Source: Phaeosaccion multiseriatum
Taxonomy: Eukaryota > Protista > Ochrophyta, other classes
Length of the DNA: 64,000 nucleotides
Assembly (NCBI GenBank): GCA_965112735.1
Contig: OZ218954.1
Location: 2,914,001-2,978,000, forward strand
Direction of reading: 5' to 3'
Shown here: in pieces, positions 35,656 through 49,400 of the stretch
How the letters are laid out: every line of letters begins with the position of its first letter
Numbering within the stretch: position 1 is the first letter of the stretch
Translations under genes and position numbers: made by a program
The notes under the pieces: generated by a model
Databases searched by the model: none
What the model was told of the DNA's origin: nothing
Seen by the model: the letters and a program-made list of their open reading frames with translations, nothing else

Positions 35656-37099
35656 CTAGAGGGCACCATGCGAGAATGGCACACCAGGGCTGGCCGTGGA
35701 AGGAAGGAGCAAGACATAACCCTGCCGCTGCGTGGCCTTGATGAGCCTGCGGCGGACCCGGCTCGGCTCTCCCTCTGCGCGTGATCCCTCCATCCCCTGT
35801 ACACACCAACAAACAGGTGGGTTGGTGTGGCCGACAGACGGCCGACTTGAGAACCATCCACTGCGGCTGCCCCCCCCCCCCTTCAAGGCCTCAAGGGGAT
35901 TGGAGCTCAAGCAGAGCAAGCGCAAGAGTGGGTAGGGGAGGGGTCGTATTTGCTCACAGTGCTGGCCAATCTACTCACAGATGGCCTGGGCTTGGGCCTG
36001 GGCCTGCCTCGTTGTGCGAGAGACAGGAAGGAAGTAGTGAGTGAGCAGAACGACGTATGGCGTATGCAGAGAGAGAGAGAAGTGGGTCAGAAAGTGGCCT
36101 GAAGATGATCATCATGACTTGGCCGGCCAGCAGGTGGTGGTCGATGGCCACGTCAAAGTGGACCTTGAACCTCTCAGGACCGCATCGTTTGGTGCCCATC
36201 TCCGGAGACGAGAGTTTGGCGGCGCTCTCGCTGTCATGGAGAGAAAGTCTACTCACACGCTCCATGTGTCATTGGCTCATTGTGCCACCCCACCCACCTC
36301 CTCTCTGTCATCACGGCTGGCTGCACGAGAGAGGGGAAGAGGATGGCAGCCTACGCGGCTGGAAGAGCGCAAAAGAGGATGACAGGCAGTACATTGGGTC
36401 AACAACAAGAGTAGCGAGGTGCCTTTGGGGCTTGTTATTTGTTTTAATTTCAAAAAAAAAGATGGCGGCAACTTTCGGTGGGAACGCGTCCTGCTTTACT
36501 ACACAGTGAAGGGAATGTGGTGCTCGAAATAATCGCCAGTCAACCATAACAAACGCTCGTTTCTGGTACTCCCCAGGGTGGTTGGTGCGAATTACGTAAG
36601 CCCCTTATTCTCTTCACCCAGCGCCTCGCCGGGGTTAGCTTTGGTTTCTGTAAGGGGCGTGGCTGAGCTTCCTTCCTTCCTTCCTTCCTTCCTTCCGCCT
36701 TCCCATCATCACAGAGTGTGACAAGCCTCCAACAAGGCCCACGGGGGAGAGGCCTATTTTTGCCACGTACCTCCAATGACGCCTGTTGTTGATCGATTGT
36801 CCAGCGGTCACACGGCAATAGCGGTCGGTCAGAGGCACAGGATGGAGGATAAGCGGGCGCGCGAGCGGGCGCGGGCGAGCGAGGGCAGGGCAGTCAAGCA
36901 ACACACACGCACGCACAAACAACACACACACACATAGCACACACACACAAAACAAACAAAACTTACTCACTCACTCACAACAGGATTGGTGAGTTTCAAA
37001 TTTCCCATTCCTCGTACACAAAAAAAAGTACACACACAGGGAGAGAAGCACACCCACACCACCCCCCAACAAGTCAAGGACAAAACGCAAAGGCATTGT

Positions 37100-38110
37100 C
37101 AACTCACCAGCATGGTGATGGGACTCGGAAACCCACTGCCCGGCGGCATTCCTCATGAAGACCGTTTCCGAGGCGTACAGTATCTCCATGTAGAAATGTG
37201 CGCGACGTTGGGGAAGGCCCTCTTGGCTCTGGCCACCACCGCCTCTGCGTCATGACGGGTGTCAACGAGGATGTTGAGCCGGCCGCCCATTGAAGGTGCG
37301 ATACGTGTCTGTGCACTTGTCGGGGTGTGGGTCCAGTGGCCCAGCGTAGGACCTGAGGCGGAGGCATCATGCGCAAGACGTCCCCCGGAGCGGGCGCGCG
37401 GAGGGAGGGGACCACCATGTTCATCAGGCATACATACTCTTTGCAGCACTGATTGAGAAGTCCTCCACGGTCTTCTTTGTCCCAGAAAAGGTGAGAATGG
37501 CCTCCCAAGTCCCTCCGGATAAGCGGAGAAAGGTGAGAGAGCGACCGCCTCCGTTGTCAGATATCGCCCGTAGCACCCTCAAGGCGAGCTCCCCCTTCAG
37601 CCTGCGCAGGTTGCCGCTGGACGGGTCAGTGCCCCCCCCGGGTGAAGATGACTGGCTCCAGGTAGTCCGGATGGGAGGTCAAGACCATCGAGTTACTTGA
37701 ACAGTATCTCCCGATGACCCCTGCGAAAGTTCGGTTGTCAACGGGCGCTGCAGCTTGAAAGAGGGGGCCTTCTCGTCTAGGGTGCTTGCCACTGCATTCA
37801 CCATGGTCTCCACGTCCTGTCCGCCCTTTTGGTGCTTGTTGACATGCTCCGCAAACCTCATCAGCTGCGCAGTTTCGGGGAGAGCCAGAAAGTCTATGAT
37901 GATGCGACTTTCTGGCTCTCCCCGAAACTGCGCAGCTGATGAGGTTTGCGGAGCATGTCAACATTCACCATGGTCTCCACGTCCTGTCCGCCCTTTTGGT
38001 GCTTGTTGACATGCTCCGCAAACCTCATCAGCTGCGCAGTTTCGGGGAGAGCCAGAAAGTCGCGATACCACCCTTCAAAGTTTACTGCCAAGTGGGGAGT
38101 GCCACAGAAA
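37100..38110 (-). pseudogene. Coding-like, frameshifted sequence of unknown family, interrupted by an inverted triplication
   Basis: Protein-like stretches in alternating frames ([25 protein letters not shown]; DYLEPVIFTRGG; GRLNILVDTRHDAEAVVARAKRAFP) with no intact ORF or recognisable family. Confidence 0.3.
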
Positions 38111-38111
38111 G

Positions 38112-38327
38112 CCCCATGTGCCTCCACATTGCCCCACATGCCTCCACATTGCCCCATGTGCCTCCACATTGCACCATGTGCCTCCACATTCCCCCACATG
38201 CCTCCACATTGCCCCACGTGCCTCCACATTGCCCCACATGCCTCCACATTGCCCCATGTGCCTCCACATTGCCCCACATGCCTCCACATTGCCCCATGTG
38301 CCTCCACATTGCCCCATGTGCCTCCAC
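38112..38327. repeat. 20-bp minisatellite (~11 copies)
   Basis: gcctccacattgcccca(tgt/cat) units. Confidence 0.95.
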
Positions 38328-38392
38328 CCGACGCGAAGCTTTGCGGCGCGGTCCGAAAACCACCCCCCCGTGTCGCGGAGAGAGGGGAGGGG

Positions 38393-38645
38393 GCAACAGC
38401 CCAGGCCCAGCCCCAAGCAATAGCCCAGGCCCAGCCCCAAGCAACAGCCCAGGCCCAGCCCCAAGCAACAGCCCAGGCCCAGCCCCAAGTCCAGGCCCAG
38501 CCCCAAGCAATAGCCCAGGCCCAGCCCCAAGCAACAGTCCAGGCCCAGCCCCAAGCAATAGCCCAGGCCCAGCCCCAAGCAACAGTCCAGGCCCAGCCCC
38601 AAGCAACAGCCCAGGCCCAGCCCCAAGCAACAGCCCAGGCCCGGG
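38393..38645. repeat. 24-bp minisatellite (~10 copies)
   Basis: gcaacagcccaggcccagccccaa units, one shortened to 18 bp. Confidence 0.95.
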
Positions 38646-39284
38646 CTCAAGCAATGAGTAGGGGGGTGCAGACGCCCACCCCACTGTGTCGGGGTATCGG
38701 CTCGCTCTCCACCATCCCTTCCGAGGCCTCCCCCCAGCACCACAGAAGCACTCAGCACGGCCCATTAACAGGAGGGGGGGGCAGGGCCCAGGCCAGCAGG
38801 AGGGCCACAGCTCCCCTCCGCTCCGTTGACTGAGGTGTGAGCCTAACGGGACTTCCATCACGCACAGAGGCGCAGAGAGCAAGCCACAGCCCATGTGGCG
38901 CACGCACGCTCTCCCCCCATCCCTGTCGGCCGACCGGTCTGTCGATCGATCGGTCGGTTGGTGGGGGTCTATTGTCGGGAACTCCGGTTTCTCACGCTCC
39001 TCCTGAGGGAGTGTACCGTATCCGCACAAGAAGAGAGAGAGAGAAAGAGATGGCGCTTTGTCTTGGGAAGCGCGCATTCTCATGGGCTTCCACCTGCCAC
39101 ACCCCACACCACACGCTCCGCACTGCGATAACGCACGCACGCACGCACGCACGCACGCATGGAGTATGCGAGGCTTTGGAAGCACCTCATTTCCGCCGCG
39201 AGCCCTCTCGCAAGTCTTTAGACACATGGACACATACGCACGGGGCAGTGCTCGAGTCACGCCTGTGCTGGTCTCATGTGGTCT

Positions 39285-40922
39285 CTAGCGAGCGCGCTCC
39301 CTCTTCCACTTGAACACCGCGGGCTTGTCTCCCTCGGCGGCCTTGACCTTCTTCTTGGTGCCTTTGCTGTTCATCACCGTCCTCTGAACCTCCAGGTGGT
39401 TCATCACCTGCACAGAGAGAGGGAGAGAGAGAGAGAGAAGAGAGAGCGAACGAGCAAGGTGGTTAGGGTTAAGGGGCATGCTTAGATGGGAATGGAGTAG
39501 CCGTTGCGAATACGTAATACTACTTAGTATACTACATACACTAATGGGTGTCTGTGGTAAAGAACGCGCCCTCGGTAGGTTTTGTCAAAAGTGTGTTTTA
39601 TCCTCACAGATTCGCCACTACAGCGATCAGAAAAGGAATTCAAAAGTTATCGTCATCGGGTCCTCTCTCGCTCTCTTCCTCCTCCCCTCTCCCCCCCCCC
39701 TCTAAGCAACCGTCACTCATCCACTGCCAGCCCTCATCCTACGTTGGCTCCTCAGCCTCGTTCCTACCTTCTTGAGCTTCGCCCCTCGCTCAAGCCGCTG
39801 GGAGAGCTCCTGGTAGGACGCGTCCCTCTTCTTCATGACCTGAGGAGCGAAGAGACACAAGCAGAGATACAAGCAAACAAAACAACAATAACAGCATTCA
39901 GCACGATAACACGGGCCAGCATTGGTGAGAGGAAGGAGAAGCGAAAGGGTGGCAGGGAGACAGAGATAGAGATAGAGACAGGGAAGGAAAGATAGGAGAG
40001 AGAGTGTGTGTGTACACACGCACCTTGTTCATCATCTTGCGATTGTGGGCGCCGATGACTTCTCCCTCCTGCAGAGTCTTGACAGTCGGGCGGTTAAAGG
40101 CCCTGCCCGCCAGCTCCGGCACAGTGTCAAAGTGTTTCACGGGATCAAAATCAGCGGCGGCCTTTTGATGAAAAGGGCGATAGGACAGGAGCATGAAAGC
40201 CAAAGGGAAAGGAGTCAGTGAGCTCGTATGTCTTGTCTTGTCTTCCCCTCGCATGCAGTCCCTGCAAAGTCGGATCCCAGCCCCGCCCCTTGCTCCCCCG
40301 TGCAGCTCAACAACCGACTGCAGAGCAGCAGCGCGCACCGCACCTTCTTGGAGTCCACAAAGATGGTGTGCGTGTTCTGGGCGGGGGCATCGAGCATGTG
40401 CAGGCTTTTCTGCAGGCGCTTGGCCTTGTTCATGTCCACCGTGTGCTTCATCTGCACGTAGGAGAGGTCCTGCGTCTTGAGCAGCGCCACGGTGTCGTGG
40501 TCCAAATCCTGCAGCAGAAAACAGCAGAGACGTCCAATACCCGCCTTCCTTGTAAGCCGGGGACTCTACAACAGGGGAAAAACACACACACACCAACACC
40601 CTCTCTTCATGGCCCCTCCCGTTCGGTCGCTTCCAACTCCTCCAAACCGCCCGCCCTGACCGCGTACCTTGGTTGACGACACCTCCTCGTGGACTCCGTC
40701 CTTATTGACCTTCGTCTTGTGCATGGCGAAGTAGAACTCATCGGGGTTCTTGAGGGCCGCCTTGAGCCTAAGCTTTTTGATGGTGTCTTTCTTGCGATTG
40801 AAGTCCTTCGCACGCTGCACGTAGTCGGCATGCTTCTCCAAGAGACCAAGCTTGGCCCGTGCCTTGGGCTGGGCTCGCTCCTTGTGCGTCGAGCGCTTGA
40901 CGGCATTGCGGAGAGAGGACAT
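39285..40922 (-). CDS. UTP11: U3 snoRNA-associated protein 11 (SSU processome), 5 exons
   Basis: [19 protein letters not shown]...[17 protein letters not shown]...[37 protein letters not shown]-terminal [10 protein letters not shown]. Confidence 0.96.
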
Positions 40923-41226
40923 GCCCTCGTGGGAGCAAATCGATCGCAAATCTGTGTGAGCCGCAAACGCGCATCTTTTAGTAGTCCGTGTAATGATGGA
41001 TCACTTGGCCGTTAAGGCCGATCCGATCCCCACCTCGTCGACCGGCACTCAAATCCTCCGTCCCCTGTGCTGTTTGCGTAAGAGTGCGGAGACTCCTGTA
41101 ATACGCATTCACGGGCATTTGTTCCTCCGTAAGGCGTAAGTCCTAGCAGACCTCAGTGGAGATCCCTCTGCCACAGCGTCTCGCAAATTTTGATCTCGAT
41201 CGACCGAACCAAAGCAGACGGGAAGG

Positions 41227-42304
41227 ATGCCCCGGCTTTCATGGTGGCGTGCCTTCCAGTGTCGGCTATGCAGCACTGTCATTCCCCTCCTTCTGCTTTT
41301 CGCGTACCTGACCCTGGAAGTGGTGGAGTGCAAGAGACGGGGGTAAGCTGGCCTCAGATGCGTGGGGGGGGGAGGGAGCGGGTATGAGCACGGTCCTGGC
41401 AGAAGAGACTTTTTCAGGGAGATGGTCACCCTCCTATTGTGCCTAGGAGAGTGCGTTCCCCCAGCTTTTAGCAGGTGCCCTCTGCAGGCCTTTCCTCCCT
41501 CTTTTCTTCTCTTCCTTCCTCCCCCCCCTCAACTTTCCTCTTCCACCACTGCTTCCCTTCTCTTCGCACACTGTCCCCGCAGTGATAAGGCGAAGGGCAA
41601 GACCCGACGCCGCTACAGCCCTAAAGGTTCGTCACGTACACGCAAAAACCACAGCGAGGAGTTCTTCTACGTAATCGGCGCGGTAATCTTTCTTGTCGTC
41701 GCGCCAGTCATCTTCTTCTTCCTTCGCTCTCTATACCTGGTGAGCGAATACGGGTAACCTCCCTCTTCCTGCCCTACCCTCCTCTTCTTCCCATCTTCTT
41801 CCTGTCCTGCTCGCCTGCTTTCACAAGGAAAGCAACTACTAGCATTGGAGCAGCTTGTGGCTTATGTCTTCGACCCCGCCCACTCACACCGTTTGTGCAT
41901 GGTCCCCCCCCCCCCTTTTCCAACTGCGTCATGGCGCTTCTCTGCCTGGGCCACTGCTAGGACCCCGCCGTGCCTCAGCTGGCGAGGTTGGGTTGGGATG
42001 CCCTCAAAACGAAGTTCTCCTCCTACCTGGGTAAGTGAGAGTGCGGGAGCAGTTCGCCACCCCTCGTGAGCCCCTCTGTTCCCCACCCTCCGGCTGAGAG
42101 TCTCCTTCTGTCCTACCCACGTCCCCCCCTTCCATGACTGTGTCCCTCTCCACTGCCTCCGCAAACTTCATCACGGCCTCTCCCTCTAGTGCAAGACCCT
42201 GAGCTTTCCATACTTCTCCGTACTTGTGTGTGTGTGTGTGTGTGTGTGTAGGGCGAGCGGAGGAGGAGAGTGGGGAAGGCGACGGTCAAAGCGACAACAT
42301 GTGA
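41227..42304 (+). CDS. Small membrane protein of unknown function (signal/TM + basic loop + TM), 4 exons
   Basis: In-frame GT-AG junctions: ...VVECKRRG|DKAKG...FFYVIGAVIFLVVAPVIFFFLRSLYL|DPAVPQLARLGWDALKTKFSSYLG|RAEEE... Confidence 0.65.
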
Positions 42305-43378
42305 GTAGCTCGCGTCTCGTTAGTCCCGATGCTGTGAAGGTAGAGCGCTTGCCTACCCGATGGCGGCACTGTGAAGGGCCAGCGTGATGATGGTGGGGAA
42401 GGGAGTCCGTCTCAGTGCGAGTTTCCTTGCTGAAGGCGTCGGAGGAGGGACAAGGGAAAGAACTGCTTCGGAGCAGCGTAAGGGACAAGACATGGTCTGC
42501 CTTCTTCGCTCTGGTAGACATCCACGTGCACACTCACCCACGCACACACACACACGCACGCAAGCAGATACACACATACACAGACACACACACACCCACA
42601 CCCACACACATACATACACATACATATACACACACCCACACCCACACCCACACGCACACCCACACGCACGTGCACGCTTACCCCTCTGTTGTTAAAGATG
42701 TAAGGCATCCCAATGTGCCTTCAGTATTATCCGAACGTTTGGATAATACTGCGACCAACTGGAGAGCCACCCTTGGCCCAACGTCCCCCTCTCGAACTGC
42801 TCTCATCGTCTTCCCCTCTCTTGTGGGTGGCTGTGGGTGTGTGTGTCGTGTGTTGCCAGGCGCTATCGAGACCCCCCGGGGAATGGCCACAGAGACAGCA
42901 GCCATAGGGGCGGCTACCACAGCATTCCCATCGACCAAGAAGCAACCATCCCCAAGGCAGCAACAGGGGGAGGAGGAGGAGGAGGAGGAGGAGGAAGAGC
43001 AGACCCTATGCAGGAGCGTGCGCCCTTTTCGGCGGATGCGAGACGAAGGAGAAGAGTGGTACCGTAGTGAAAGAGTGATGACTGAGCTCTCTGGAGGTAG
43101 AAGTAAAGAAGCAGTAAAAGAGAGCGAATGCGAAGTAGAGTAAGCACACGTCAGCACAAGGCTCCCCTGCCCGTCTGGTGGGTCAATTCTTATTCTATCA
43201 ACAAGACTTGAAGAGTCATTTCTAGAATAGCTGTACGCTACTTTGTCTGCTGCGTTGTGTGTGTGTGTGCGTGCGTGCGCGTATGTGCATCTGCCTGGCT
43301 CAGTCGAGGTGTGTCTTCGTGCCTGACTGGCTGAGTCCCTTAGTCGAGGTGGGTGTATGTGTGTGTCTGACTGCCTTA

Positions 43379-46300
43379 CTAGCTGAGAACGGATGACTCG
43401 CTGCTGAAGAAGTCGTCCGTATATTGGCCTTCCTCCGACAGGTCCGAGTCCTCCTCTGCTGCTTTAGAGCCATCGGGCTGTCGGATCACCAACTTGTCCT
43501 TCTGCTGCTCCTGCTCCTGCAGGCCTTGGTAGCTCGACCGTCGTCCTTCGGCACCGCGGGGCATCTGCAGAGGCTGCTCTCGTTGGCTCCTGCCTCGTGC
43601 TGAGTCTGGCCTACTGCGACTCACACTCCCACTGCCACCACCGTTGCTATTCCCAGGCCGATGAGCCGTCAGCCCTCCTTCGAGTGCAACCGACATGCCA
43701 TTGGTGGAGGATGGCATCATATGGATATCCGCATCCAGTCCCTCGACGCTAATGTCACCGTTGTCCTCTTGGATGAATTCTAGAAAGCTCTCCTGCGATG
43801 AATACCCGTCCTTGTCCTCCTCCTCCTCCTCCTCCTCCTCCTCCTCCTCCTCCTCCTCCTCCTCCTCCTCCTCCTCCTCCTCCTGTGCCTGGCTGTGGTG
43901 AGATGCCACCAAACCCCGCTGGGACTGAAGCGCTGGAACCTGCAGAGGGTAGGATGCCACCCCGCCCTCTCGTCCAATGTTCTCCTCCTCCTCCTCCTCC
44001 TCCTCCTCCTCCTCCTCCTCCTCCTCCTCCACTACCTCCTCTTTTCGCTGCTGTACCACCAACTGCTGATGCGGCGGCTGCTGCTGGAGGTAGCCAACGT
44101 AGGCACTTCTCCCGGAGGCCTCTCTCCGCGTTTGACCCTCCTTCTCCTGCCGCACCGCTGGCGCAGACGAGAGCAGCGCATCGTTCTTCAACTTGACGTC
44201 ATGATGGTCTTCTGTTCCCTCCCGTCCCCGCCCCCCCTCCCCTTTTTCTTGCTCCCCTCCGAGGCTAAGGCTCGTGAGGATGTCGATCAACTTCCCTCCA
44301 TCCCCCTCGCCCTTCTCCTCCTCCTCCTCCTCCTCCTCCTTCTCGTCCTCGAGCTGGTTGGCTGCCAGCAGGTCTTCAAGATCAAAGCTATAGTGTGGCT
44401 CGAGTGGACTCCTCCGCGGTGGTTGCCCGTCGTCGCCTCCGGAACCGTTCTCGGAACAGTCTTTGACCGATTCCACGTGCGACAGCTGATCCTCCGGTTC
44501 GATTTCCTGCCAAGCAAAAAGCGAAGCACCCAGCGCCAAGATGGCCATACAGCATCGGAGATTCAAAGGTTAAGTATGTCGTGTTTTCCGAGGGAAATGA
44601 ATCAAGTCAAGGTTCAAGTCGACGAGGGGAGATGGACAAACGGACAGACGGACAGACAGACAGATCCACAGAGGACAGCGATAGGAGAGAGAAGGGAGAG
44701 AGAGAGGGAGACGAGGGAAGAATGAGAGAGAGGGGGGCGGGAGGAGAGAGCGAGAGAGAAGAAGGAGAGAGAGAGAGAGAGAGAGAGAGGGAGAAAGAGA
44801 GAGAGATAGAGGGAGGGAGAGAGAGAGGGAGAGGGAAGAATGAGAGAGATGGAGACGGAAGAATGAGAGAGAGAGAGGGCAACCTTACCGTAGTGCCCCC
44901 CCACGAAAGGGACCTTCCCCTCCCCTGCCCGCGCTCCTCCCGGACCTTCCTGCGCCACTCGAGAGTCTCCATCCTCCCCGAGGGGATGCGCGTTTGCGAG
45001 AGGATGCCCTGACTCAGTCAGAGGAGGGGGGGGGGGGGGAAGGGCAACCATCGGCCGCCGTGCACCACATACGTGTGAATAGAGGGAGAGAGAGCATGAA
45101 AAGGGCCTCACTGCTGCTCCGTCGTTCCCTGCCCTACCCTGCCCTGTCTCACCAACTGCCTCACCTTGTTCGGCACCCGTGTGGGGTCATAGGTACTCTT
45201 GCGCGGCCGCTGCGTCTCCTTGTCCAATGCGCCGTCATCCTTCTCTGCAGCTGATGCCGCTGATCTCTTAGTCTCATCTACTGCCATCCCAGCAGGGGAG
45301 AGGGGCTCTTCCTGACTAGCGGCGTGTCGGAGGCCCCGGGGGGGGGACGGCGACGGAGAGGATACAGTTGGCGACGATCCTACCCGCGTGGAGGAAGAGG
45401 ACGAGAGAGAGGAGGAAAGAGAGGACGACGAGAGACACAGAGACTCCTCCTCCCTAACGAGTGAAGACTGCGGCTGTATCACCAACTGCTGCTGCTGCTG
45501 CTGCTTCTGTTGTCGTTCTCCTCGTTCTCGAGCACCCCCCCGCTGCTTCTCTTCTCCTCCTTCTCCTCCTCCGTCTCCACCACGGACAGTCGCCAGGGCT
45601 CCCCCCGCTCCGCCGCCTGTTTCTCTGCCACTCCCGCGTTGCTGCTGCTGCTGTATCACCAATTGCTGCTGCTGCTGCTGTATCACCAACTGCTGCTGCG
45701 ACTCATAGGCGGCATCGTCGTGACGCAGCGGAAAGGTCTTCCTTCGCGCGGCACGCTTACCCTGCTGACGTGTTCCCGCTGTATCATCAACTACTGCTGC
45801 TGCTGTACAACCAACTGGTGCCGCACCATCAACTGCTGTACAACCAACTGCTGCTCCTCCCTCGGTTGGTGTTTGCCCTTCCTGGGGCACTATCACTATC
45901 TCTAATTTGGGCTGTATCGTTTCCTGGCATGATGGGCTACGAGTACCCGTAGGATCATCATCACCGTCACCAACACTCCTCCTCGTTGGTGACGATCTCT
46001 CTCCGCCCCTTTCCCTCTCCGCTGCACTTCCTCTCTTCCTCCTCGGGGTCCATCCTCCGCCCCTCCCCCGCGGAGAAGAGTACGGTTTGCTGCTACTCCT
46101 GCTGCCGTGACCCCCCCGCCCCCCCTCCTCCTCCTCCGACTCCTCTTCATCCTCGTCATCGTCATCGCTCGTCCCGTGCCACGGCTCATGGTAGAGTGTT
46201 TCTTGACTGCCGCGACCATGAGCACTCGCCGGGCCCTCCCACTCCCCCTCCAGAATGTCCTCAAAGCCACTGAGATCGTAGGAGAAGCCTCTACGTGGGG

Positions 46301-46400
46301 TGTCTGCATCGGTGGCCCCCGAGGTTTGGGTTTGCGCGAGTTGTGCCGAATCGATCCGAAGGGGTTGGTGGTGGTGCGACTCCGTAGCAACACGGGCAGT

Positions 46401-46439
<39 letters not shown>

Positions 46440-49400
46440 TGTTGGTGATACATCACCCTCATAGTGCAGTCGCCGACCCTCCGCGTTTATCTGGTGCTGG
46501 TGCTGGTGCTGCTGGTGGTGGTGGTGATGGTGGGGGTGGTGGGGGTAGTCGCGGTCGTCTGGCTGTGTTCGATGCCCCTGTTGCGGCTCAACATCCATGC
46601 CCTCCTCCTGCTCGTGGATGCTGCCGTTGATCCCCCCCCTGCTACTGCTACTACGTCTCCTCTCGACGGCAGCGCCCCCCAGCTGCGGGAGCCGAGGAGA
46701 GCGAACAGCACCAAGCAGTTGGTGGTACAGCGTTAAGTACACCCAAGTAAGTCCAAACTAAGTCCGGAAGTAAGTCCAAGCGCCTCTGCCTAACCCTCTG
46801 CCTGCCTACCTGTCCGTCGCTGCCCCTCCTCTCAAGGCTCTGATGATGTTGCGCACTGCGGCTCCTCTGAGGCCCCACCGCCGCCGCTGAGAAAGGGCGC
46901 TTGCACGAGGGCGAGGCTGTCGACGGCCTCCGCGGCTGCTGCCCCACCTCCTGTATCACCAACTGGTCCCGTCGCTTCGCTCTCCGGTTTCTACTCGCTG
47001 TAGGATACACACGCGAACGAGTATAGGATGTTAATGGGGGGGGGTGGCAGATGTTAATGGGGGGGGGTGGCAGATGTTAATGGGGGGGGGTGGCAGAGGG
47101 AACGAGCACACGTTGTACGGGCGATGGGAAGGGTGTTCATGGATAGATGTGCGTACGTGTGCATCGAAAGGCCATGCCAAAAAAATCGGAATCAGAATCG
47201 GAATCGGGATCGAAATCGGAGGCGGCAGGAGAGCAAGAGAGGACGGGTGAAGGGGGCACGCACGCGAGCACGCACACACGCACGCACGCACGCACCTGCC
47301 ATCTCCCTGTGCTGTCGTATGTCGGCCTCCTTCTTGCATTGCATGACCACCTTGGGGAGAGAGAAGAGAGGGAGAGGAAGAGAGGGAGACATGAGGTGGA
47401 CAGGAAGAGAGGGAAACATGAGATGGATAGGAAGAAAGGGAGAGAGGTCGAGAGAGGTCGAGAGGTCGAGAGAGGTCGAGAGAGGTCGAGAGAGGTCGAG
47501 AGGTCGAGAGAGGTCGAGAGGGGGGGCAAGAGAAGAGAGTCTATCTCTGTGTGCCTACCTTCTTTTCTTCCACACAGATGGTGTTGAGAAGGTTTCGGTG
47601 GTCCTGCTTATGCTTCGCCATAAGGAGCTTCCAGCGGTTCGCCTGCGATAGCTCGAGCCGTTCCAGCTGGGTCTCGTGCTTGCGGGCAAGCTTGTACGGG
47701 ATGAGGGGGGTGGTGGTGGTGGTGGTGGTGGTGGTGGTGGTGGAGGAGGAGGAGGAGGAGGAGGAGGAGGAAGAGGAGGAGGAGGAGTGGAGGGGTGGGG
47801 AAGTAATGAGGTGCCAGTGCCTAGGGGGGTAATGGCGCGGCGAAGCCTTTTGCGCAGGGAGTAGTGATAGTATAACTGTCAGGAGTACGCGGCCTACCTG
47901 ATCCAGAGCAGAGCTGTTACCGCCCCATGCCGCCGACGCCAGCGATCTTGCCACCTCCTCCCTCCATTCGTTAAGGTGCTTCGCGTCGAGAGCCGCTAGT
48001 ATGACATAGGGGGTGTCAGGACAGAGAAGGTGTTAGAACATCGTAGATCTATATAGGTATGGTATCGTAGGGCAAGATTTGAGTCAGGACAGAGGGAGTG
48101 CCAGGCCACTGGGGGTGGGGAGTGTCAGGACAAATGTTGTCCAGCGTGCCCTCATCACGCCGTCACACACCTGCTTGCTCCTCCCAGTTCTTCGCCTCCT
48201 CCGCGCGGCCACCGAGCTTCAGGCGCTTCGCGTTGCGTCGGAAAGTGATCACGTCCTTCTTGGGCCTCCTGGTATTGTAGCTCGCCGTCTTGTTGTGATG
48301 GCAGAGATAGCGTTTTCTACATGAGCACGACTTGCTTCTGCCCACCGCGCGTTTAATGGCGTCCTCCACTAACTGTTGAAACTCCTTCACGTGCTTCTTA
48401 AGGAGGACCGCCTTGTCTTCCTCGAACTTGTTTCGACAATCACTTTGCGGAAACCCCGTCAAGAGAGAGAGAGAAAGAGAGAGGGAGAGAGGGAGATTTG
48501 AGTCAGGACAGAGAAAGAGAGGGAGCGTGAGAGGGAGAGAGGAAAGGAGAGAGCGAAGGACAGGGGAGAGAGGGCGCGTCAGAGAAGGGGTGCCAGCGAG
48601 AAAACGACAGCGACGATGGAGGATGCCCGTACGCCGTTGAAGACAAGGCATGTTTGCTACAAACGCAGCCAAGCCGTCGTTTACAAGCTGCTTCTCCCAC
48701 GGTGGGGGTGACTGGGGGTGGATCACACCCCCCCCCTCCCTCCCTTCAGTACGCGGTGCTCCCTCTCCTCGCGCAAAGTGCCCACCTCTCCTTTCCTGAG
48801 CTCCTGTGGCTGGTACTCCTCACCTCTCTTCCCTGTGCAGTCGGGCCTTCATCTCTTCCGTCCGCTGCTTGTGCACCGCTCCTAAGGCCCCCAAGGCCTC
48901 ATCCAGGATCATCCTGTTCTTCTCCGCACGTTCCCGCTGTGCAGTGCAAGTTGAATGAATCAGACCAATCGCGAGGCGCCGGTCGGTCGGCATCCGAGAG
49001 AAGGGGACCGGAAGGAGGGCAGTAGGGGAGCGTCAGAAGACAACACAACAGGATGGTGGAAGTGGTGCACGCGTCGAGAATCGGGGGACTCCCTTCTGCG
49101 CACGCACAGCTCTTCATTCGGCATGCACAGCTTTCTCTCCTACCGCAGAGCAGTAGGTAGTCATATGGGCAGCAGCATAAACAATAACAACAACAGCAGC
49201 CGCATCAACAGGAACAACAAATAACAGTACCAGCAGCAGCAGCAGCAGCAGCACACATTGGTGATACAGCAGCACCAACCAACCTTGAGGTCACTTCGAA
49301 TGCGATCCACGGCCATGTCGATCTCCAGGGCCCTGCCAGGGAAGCCGAGGCGAGCGACAATGAGCCGCTCCTTCTGCAGTTTGCGCAGCTTGCCTAGAGT

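Noticed and set aside
20870-36600. Recurrent TACGTA/CTTACGTAAG palindromes (20876, 21476, 27204, 29943, 36592)
   Set aside because: About 14 hexamer hits in 64 kb is close to rough chance expectation; enrichment cannot be supported without a count.
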